Positions 58,129 through 64,000 of a stretch of 64,000 bases of DNA are shown here, piece after piece. Both the position numbers and the translations under genes were made by a program. The stretch comes from Halorussus marinus (lineage in GTDB: Archaea; Halobacteriota; Halobacteria; Halobacteriales; Haladaptataceae): positions 248,001-312,000 of the forward strand of contig NZ_SBIV01000001.1 of NCBI RefSeq assembly GCF_004765795.1. Direction: 5' to 3'. The notes under the pieces are model-generated. The model was not told the origin of the DNA. It worked only from the letters and a program-made list of their open reading frames with translations, and made no database searches. Each line of letters opens with the position of its first letter. Positions within the stretch are counted from its first letter, which is position 1.

Positions 58129-59676
58129 ATGTCCGAATCCGACCTCGCCGCGCAGGTCGACGACGTGCGATCGGTGGACCCCGAGACGTTTCAGGCTCGG
58201 GTCGAGGAGGACGCGGAGGTCATCGCGGCCGAGATCGACGAGGGGACGTTCGACAACCCGCAGGCGATCATCGGCTTCGAGTACGAGTTCTACGCGGTCG
58301 ACGCCGAGACGGCCGCCTTACACCGGGTGCCTCGACGCCTCCTCGAACTCATCGGCTTCGAGAAGGAGCTTGGACTGCACAACGCCGAGATGTCGACCAG
58401 CCCCCAGCCGCTGAACGCCCACGGGCTCGCCTCCCAGGAGTCGGAGGTGAAAGCCCGGCTCTCGGCCGCCGAGGACCGCACCGCCGCCGAGGGGATGCGA
58501 CTGGTCAGCGACGCGATGTGGACCATCCCGCCGGCGGGCGAGACCGCCCGAGAGTACCTCCTCGACAGCGTCACCGATCGCGGAGTCCGGATCGCCTCGA
58601 ACATGAGCGACTCGGTGCGTTACCACGCGATGGCGAACACCGACGCCGACGTGGGGATGTGTCTGGACGCCCCGCACGTCGCCCTCGACGCCGACACCGT
58701 GATGCCAGAGAGCCTCATCACCTCGATCCAGCCCCACTATCAGGTGCCCCACGCCCGGGACCTGCCGACGTACTTCCAGTACGCGCTCCGGATCGCCGCG
58801 CCGCTGCTCGCGCTCGGGGTCAACTCTCCGTTCTTCCCGCCGAGCCTCTACGACGACGGCGCCGATCCGGCGGCGATCCTCGACGACGGCCACGACGAGC
58901 ACCGGGTCGGCGTGTTCGAGTCGGTGCTGAACGCCCGCGACGACGCGCCCGGCAAGGTCCGGTTCCCCGAGGACCTCGAGAGCGTCGAGCAGGCCATCGA
59001 GCGCATCGCCGCCGACCGCACCGTCGTGCCGATGCCGGTCGAATCGAGCGATCGCTTCGACGACGAGTTCGCCCACTTCCGGCGCAAGCACGGCACCTAC
59101 TGGCGGTGGGTCCGGCCCGTCTTCGGCGGGGCCACGCGGTCGGCCGCCAACGCCCGCATCGAGTTTCGCCCCATCGCGGCCCAGCCCACCGTCCGGGACT
59201 CGATCGCGTTTCAGGCGGCGTTCGCCGGCCTCCTCGAATCGACGTTCCGGCGCGAGCACCCGGTTCGGCACTTAGACTGGGTGGTCGCGAAGGACAACTT
59301 CTACGCCGCCATGGAGGATGGTCTGGACGCCGACATCTACTGGATCACGAACGCGGGCGAGGAGACGACCGACCGCGAGACGGTGTTCACCGACATCTTC
59401 GCCCACGCGAAAGACGGGCTTCAGGCCCGCGGACTCACCGACGAGCAGGCCGCCAAGTACCTCTGGCCGCTCCGCCAGCGCGCCCGCCACGGGGTCACGC
59501 CCGCGAGCTGGAAGCGGGCGCGCGTCCGCGAGCGCCTCGACGACGGCGAGGACTTCGAGTCGGCGGTCTGTGGGATGCAACGCGAGTACATCGACCGCCA
59601 GTCCGAGACCCTCATCGACGGGAGCTTCGCCGACTGGGTCGGCCGGGGCGACACGGCGATGGAGCGCGAGGAGTAG
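58129..59676 (+). CDS. Glutamate-cysteine ligase (GCS2)-like carboxylate-amine ligase
   Basis: GFEYEF, ELGLHNAE, SIQPHYQ, NSPF, WRWVRP, RIEFRP. Confidence 0.72.
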   Translation: MSESDLAAQVDDVRSVDPETFQARVEEDAEVIAAEIDEGTFDNPQAIIGFEYEFYAVDAETAALHRVPRRLLELIGFEKELGLHNAEMSTSPQPLNAHGLASQESEVKARLSAAEDRTAAEGMRLVSDAMWTIPPAGETAREYLLDSVTDRGVRIASNMSDSVRYHAMANTDADVGMCLDAPHVALDADTVMPESLITSIQPHYQVPHARDLPTYFQYALRIAAPLLALGVNSPFFPPSLYDDGADPAAILDDGHDEHRVGVFESVLNARDDAPGKVRFPEDLESVEQAIERIAADRTVVPMPVESSDRFDDEFAHFRRKHGTYWRWVRPVFGGATRSAANARIEFRPIAAQPTVRDSIAFQAAFAGLLESTFRREHPVRHLDWVVAKDNFYAAMEDGLDADIYWITNAGEETTDRETVFTDIFAHAKDGLQARGLTDEQAAKYLWPLRQRARHGVTPASWKRARVRERLDDGEDFESAVCGMQREYIDRQSETLIDGSFADWVGRGDTAMEREE

Positions 59677-59889
59677 GGGGAGTTTATCACCACCTACTAG
59701 CGCGATGTCTTCGAACGCCTCCCGACACCGCGATACGCATCGAGGAACGGCGTGTCCTGAAAACCGAGAACATCGCATATCTCTGGGATGAGGCGAGTCG
59801 AACGGAGGGACTGATTCACCAGGGCAGTAGCGCTGGCGTCGAGTCACGCACATCACAAGTATTAGGTTGATGTTACTGGTACAGTCAGT

Positions 59890-60600
59890 ATGAAACATCC
59901 AACAGTCCTCGTATTCGTCGAATTACCCGATCCAGAGTTTCCGACCGCTGGGTTCCTGAACAATCTCGCATACCCGGACGCGAGACTCGTCGGATTTTAC
60001 CACCTCGACGAAGACGAGTCCGCTCAAGAGGCACGGGCCGAGTACGAGGACGCGTTCACGGCGGAACTGCAAAAGCAGGCCGAACGATTCGAACAACGAG
60101 GAGTACGGACGGAGTTCGACCTCGAATTCGACTCTGACCCGGTCGAGACACGCCAGAGAATCGCCGAAAGTGACGATGTCGATGCGGTTCTCACCCCGGG
60201 TGGCGTAAACACGCTGGGGAAAGTACTGATCGCGTCCCGGCACACGCGTAATGCCGAAGAGCGTATGGATAATCTCCTCAATATCATCGATCGTGATGCC
60301 CTGATTTCAGTTGGCCTCATCCACATAGCGGACCCGGATGATCCGGAGGGAGAAACCGAGGGTGAGAGAGTGTTAAACGAGATGGCTTCGATCCTTACAG
60401 AGAACGGGATTCCGTCCGTTCAGATCAATCGAGAAGTGCGAACAGAACGTGACGTTGCATTCGAACTGAGGCAAGCCGCTCGCAACCATGATCTCCTTGT
60501 GATGGGTGAAACCGAACAGGACGCCGGAGACGAAATCTTCGGCCCGGTCGGCGATTACATCGTCGATGAACTGGACATTCCGGTTTTGACTGTCCGGTGA
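59890..60600 (+). CDS. Universal stress protein (tandem USP-like), lower GC than flanks
   Basis: HDLLVMGE...IFGPV...IPVLTVR USP C-terminus; many A/T-ending codons. Confidence 0.8.
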   Translation: MKHPTVLVFVELPDPEFPTAGFLNNLAYPDARLVGFYHLDEDESAQEARAEYEDAFTAELQKQAERFEQRGVRTEFDLEFDSDPVETRQRIAESDDVDAVLTPGGVNTLGKVLIASRHTRNAEERMDNLLNIIDRDALISVGLIHIADPDDPEGETEGERVLNEMASILTENGIPSVQINREVRTERDVAFELRQAARNHDLLVMGETEQDAGDEIFGPVGDYIVDELDIPVLTVR

Positions 60601-60847
60601 TTATCAGCCCGTCGAACGGTCGCTCCCGATAGCTGAGGGGACTCTCCACGGTAGATTCGCCTCCCGCAGTTTCCGAGTTTGAACGCCCAGTGTGTGGCTA
60701 CTTCTGGATAGAGACGCCGGATTCGGAACCATCGCCACGGGGCACTCTGAGTTCCCACTGTTGCTCACCGTGTGCGTCGGCTATCCGACCGCGAGAGACG
60801 ACCGCGGGGACGAGCGCCGCGTCTGCGCGAACAAAACAAACGCAGGC

Positions 60848-60921
60848 CCGGGAGAGCCTCGCTCTCCCGGTGTCTTCGATCGAACGGTTGCAAGAGCGAC
60901 GCGTTCGTGGGCCGACCGCCC
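60848..60921 (+). repeat. Perfect 10-bp hairpin plus degenerate dispersed repeat, copy E
   Basis: ccgggagagc-ctc-gctctcccgg, then gatcgaacggttgcaagagcgacgcgttcgtgggccg resembling copy A. Confidence 0.6.
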
Positions 60922-60986
60922 AAACGACTCTGCCGTCTCGAACGACTTCGGTCGCTCCGCTCAGGAAGACGCAGGAATCGGTCGTC

Positions 60987-61715
60987 TTAGATCGCGTCGT
61001 CGTAGTCTTCGAACTCCGAGATCTCGACGCCCTCGCCGGTCATCTCGGCGAGCCACATGCCGTTGCCCGAGGCGGTGTCGCGCTCGACCGCGCTCTTGAG
61101 CGCGCGGACCGCGACCTCGCGGGCCTCGTCTTGGCCCATCTCCTCGTCGTACTCCTGTTCGAGGACGCCGAGCGCGAACTGCGACCCCGACCCGGAGACG
61201 CTGTAGGTCTCCTCGGTCACGCCGCCGAGCGCGTCGAAGGAGTAGACGTGTCCGCCCTCGTCGTCGACGCCGCCGAGGATGGGGACGACGATGAAGAACG
61301 CGCCCGACCGGAGGAGGTTGCTGGTGAGCGTCGAGAGGGCGTCCATGCTCATGTCCTTGCCACGCCGGGTCTCGTAGAGGTTGTTCTCGACTTCGAGGGT
61401 GCGGATCAGCGACTGGGCCGCCGAGACGCCGCCCGAGATGGTGAGCGCGCCGTTCGGGTGGATCTGCTCGACCTTCTGGGCGGTCTTCGAAGAGACCATG
61501 TTACCGAGGCTGGCGCGCTGGTCGGTGACCATCACGACGCCCTCGCTGGTGGTGAGGCCGACCGTGGTGGTCCCGGTCTTGAGCTCCTCGATCTCGGAGG
61601 TGTCGACGGACCGCTCGGGGAGCGAGCCGAGCTCGGGCTCGTAGGGGTTCGTCGCGGTACCGTCGAAGCGTGCGGCGTTCCGGGAGAACTCGGAACCGTG
61701 CATTGGGCTACGCAT
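60987..61715 (-). CDS. psmB: Proteasome beta subunit
   Basis: Propeptide then KTGTTTVG catalytic Thr; GSGS; ERDTASG. Confidence 0.97.
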   Translation of the reverse strand: MRSPMHGSEFSRNAARFDGTATNPYEPELGSLPERSVDTSEIEELKTGTTTVGLTTSEGVVMVTDQRASLGNMVSSKTAQKVEQIHPNGALTISGGVSAAQSLIRTLEVENNLYETRRGKDMSMDALSTLTSNLLRSGAFFIVVPILGGVDDEGGHVYSFDALGGVTEETYSVSGSGSQFALGVLEQEYDEEMGQDEAREVAVRALKSAVERDTASGNGMWLAEMTGEGVEISEFEDYDDAI

Positions 61716-61848
61716 TGGGAGCCCCTAGTCCGTCTGCACTGATAAAACCAACCCTTCGGGCGGATTGGCCCGGCTTCGCCGCCGGATCGGCCCGGGCGGC
61801 GCGACCGCTATCGAGGCAGGGGTGACGAAAATCGACCGCCGGACCGCC

Positions 61849-62016
61849 TCAGGCGGCCGCGTCGTAGGCGCGCTCTAAGCGCTCGACGAGCCGGTGGGCG
61901 GGAAGGGTCACTCCCGCCTGCTTGGCGAGCAGCGCCATGGGCATGAGACAGATGCTGATTGCGACGCTCAACTGGTACAGGGCGAACACGGCCGCGCGGT
62001 GAATCCGAGTGGGCAT
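61849..62016 (-). CDS. Small (55 aa) hydrophobic protein upstream of psmB, absent from the ORF track
   Basis: Manual translation MPTRIHRAAVFALYQLSVAISICLMPMALLAKQAGVTLPAHRLVERLERAYDAAA; TATA-like ctttta upstream. Confidence 0.7.
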   Translation of the reverse strand: MPTRIHRAAVFALYQLSVAISICLMPMALLAKQAGVTLPAHRLVERLERAYDAAA

Positions 62017-62316
62017 TGGACTGCGTCCTCGTGCGAGGCTCGACCGACCCTACATAAAAGCATTTCTGATTCTTCAGTTATATAATGGTCGTTATCGGCG
62101 TTTTAGCCCGGCGCAGTCTTGCGGTTCAACGCCAGTTGCACTCCGCCCAACGAGGATGGATGTTCGGGACGCCCAGTCGTAGGCACGGACTTGGCGACCG
62201 GCGGCGTACGCATAACTTATGAGAATTATCGAACTCACGTCCGCACCGCGCGCGCCGCGACCGACGGCTCGCGGCCAAACCATAAAGCACGACATGGCGC
62301 GCCACCACTGATACGT

Positions 62317-62694
62317 ATGAGCAATTACCTCGTTGCGATGGAGGCGGCATGGTTGGTTCGAGACGTCGAGGACGTGGACGACGCCATCGGCGTGGCGGTC
62401 AGCGAAGCCGGCAAGCGGCTCAACGACCAGAGCATGGACTACGTCGAGGTCGAGGTGGGCGCCACGGGCTGTCCCGCGTGTGGCGAACCGTTCGACTCGG
62501 CGTTCATCGCGGCGGGAACCTCGCTCGTCGGCCTGCTGTTGGAGATGAAGGTGTTCAACGCCGAGGGCGAGGAACACGCCCAGCGCATCGCCAAGAGCGA
62601 GGTCGGCGGCGCGCTCCGGGACGTCCCGCTCGAAGTCGTCGAGACGATCGAGTACGAGGAAGACGAGGAGATCGAACTGGGCGGCGACGAGTAA
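62317..62694 (+). CDS. UPF0212 / DUF555 protein
   Basis: [10 protein letters not shown]...[28 protein letters not shown]. Confidence 0.88.
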   Translation: MSNYLVAMEAAWLVRDVEDVDDAIGVAVSEAGKRLNDQSMDYVEVEVGATGCPACGEPFDSAFIAAGTSLVGLLLEMKVFNAEGEEHAQRIAKSEVGGALRDVPLEVVETIEYEEDEEIELGGDE

Positions 62695-62765
62695 GCGTCC
62701 GGTCGCCCGCGGCGGCTCGGAGAGCAGACCGAAGCTTTATCTATAACCCGTGGTTATCCGATCGT

Positions 62766-63305
62766 ATGGAACTACCGACGCCTCAGGACGTCCGAGACCG
62801 TCGGACGGAGCTCGGACTCACCCAGAGCGAACTCGCCGACCGCGCGGGCGTCTCCCAGCCGCTGATCGCCCGCATCGAGGGCGGTGACGTCGACCCGCGC
62901 CTCTCGACGCTCCGGCGCATCGTCGGCGCGCTCGACGAATCTGAGGGCGACATCGTGCGCGCCGACGACCTGATGCACGAGGAGGTCGTCAGCGTCGCGC
63001 CCACCGACTCGGTCAGTTCGGCCGTGAGCGAGATGCAAGACGCCGGCTACTCCCAGCTTCCGGTCATCGAGGACGGCGTCCCGGTCGGCTCCATCAGCTT
63101 CGAGGACCTGATGAGCGTCGACGAGGACGCCCGCGACCGACCGGTCAGCGAGTACATGGGCGAGGGCTTTCCCACCAAGTCCCGGAACGCCACTCTCGAC
63201 GAGATCAGCACCGACCTCGGCCACAACAAGGCGGTCATCGTCACCGAGCGGGGCAACACCGTCGGCATCATCACCGAGGCCGACATCGCGGCGCGGCTCT
63301 CCTAG
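62766..63305 (+). CDS. Cro/XRE HTH plus tandem CBS domain regulator
   Basis: LTQSELADRAGVSQPLIARIE; YSQLPV and GIITEADI CBS motifs. Confidence 0.92.
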   Translation: MELPTPQDVRDRRTELGLTQSELADRAGVSQPLIARIEGGDVDPRLSTLRRIVGALDESEGDIVRADDLMHEEVVSVAPTDSVSSAVSEMQDAGYSQLPVIEDGVPVGSISFEDLMSVDEDARDRPVSEYMGEGFPTKSRNATLDEISTDLGHNKAVIVTERGNTVGIITEADIAARLS

Positions 63306-63470
63306 CGACCTTTTGTTGCGGGCGGCGCCCGAACGCGCCGCCCTTGCAAACGCTCGATCAAAAACTCGTCGTCACCACCTCCCTCGCGTCCTCGCGTCGC
63401 TCGGACGCTCAGTCGATGGTTCCTCGGTCCGCTCGCTCACTGTGTTCGCTCACGGCGCGACCGCTATAAC
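63306..63470 (-). repeat. Dispersed palindromic repeat, copy D (longest)
   Basis: Reverse complement contains gagcgagcggaccgagga and ggtgacgacgagtttttgatcgagcgtttgcaag...gcaacaaaaggtcg; abuts the CBS gene stop. Confidence 0.85.
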
Positions 63471-63558
63471 GACGACTGCCGGCGAACCCGGCCGAGCGCG
63501 CGCCGGGCATCCCCGAGAACCACCAACAATTATCGTGCGTGCCGACACACGTCGTGAC

Positions 63559-64000
63559 ATGACGGACTTCTCCGACAGGGTCGAACAGGTCTCGATCAGC
63601 GGCATCCGCGAAGTGTTCGAGGCGGCGGGCGAGGACGCTATCAACCTCGGGCTCGGCCAGCCCGACTTCCCGACGCCCGACCACGCCCGGCGAGCCGCGA
63701 TCGAGGCGATCGAGGCCGGCGACACCGACGCCTACACCTCCAACAAGGGGACCCGCGAGCTCCGGGAGGCGATCAGCGCGAAGCACGACCGCGACAACCA
63801 CTTCTCGGTCCCGCCCGAGAACCTGATCGCGACCGCTGGGGGGAGCGAGGCGCTCCACATCGCGCTCGAAGCTCACCTCGACGCCGGCGACGAAGTGATC
63901 TTCCCCGATCCGGGCTTCGTCTCCTACGACGCGCTCACCCGGCTCGCGGGCGGCGAACCAGTGCCGGTCGGGCTCCGCGAGGACCTCACGCTCGACCCGG
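63559..64000 (+). CDS. PLP-dependent class I/II aminotransferase, 3'-truncated by window edge
   Basis: MTDFSDRV...INLGLGQPDFPTP, YTSNKG..ELREAI, TAGGSEAL, PDPGFVSY. Confidence 0.92.
   Translation, partial: MTDFSDRVEQVSISGIREVFEAAGEDAINLGLGQPDFPTPDHARRAAIEAIEAGDTDAYTSNKGTRELREAISAKHDRDNHFSVPPENLIATAGGSEALHIALEAHLDAGDEVIFPDPGFVSYDALTRLAGGEPVPVGLREDLTLDP

Noticed and set aside
61797..61811. 15-bp match cggcgcgaccgctat to the end of repeat copy D (63453-63467)
   Set aside because: Too short and GC-rich to distinguish from chance, with no other family blocks nearby
604..63470. CRISPR array or autonomous IS explaining the repeats
   Set aside because: Copies are dispersed and diverged, with no regular spacers, cas genes or transposase ORF

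Overview
High-GC haloarchaeal (class Halobacteria) chromosomal window with acidic proteins. The genus cannot be fixed from the sequence alone. Most of it is core housekeeping DNA: nac-trmI, tfs, rpl44e-rps27e-aIF2alpha-nop10-PAC2, fen1, pyrF, nadM, lonB, acyl-CoA synthetase, polX, grpE-dnaK-dnaJ, rhomboid-nfi, an ArsA/GET3 ATPase and psmB. Three things stand out. (1) A ~13 kb accessory block (about 32.4-45.2 kb) encodes a form I aerobic Mo-Cu carbon monoxide dehydrogenase, identified by the CoxL AYRCSFR loop. Its order is coxG-M-S-L-F(YHS)-D-E-DUF364-xdhC, with divergent moeA-mocA and several extra Cys/His modules that may supply copper. (2) An 810-aa Tat lipoprotein with six HEALE...YExFE repeats and a C-terminal blue-copper domain lies behind two tandem DtxR/IdeR-type boxes, making it a candidate stand-alone iron-capture protein. 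(3) A family of short palindromic repeats lacking a transposase sits directly after TAG stop codons and beside duplicated gene 3' ends, and a related hairpin may be inserted in frame in a gene. I found no rRNA, tRNA, CRISPR array or transposase. Family assignments come from recognising motifs by eye, not from database searches.
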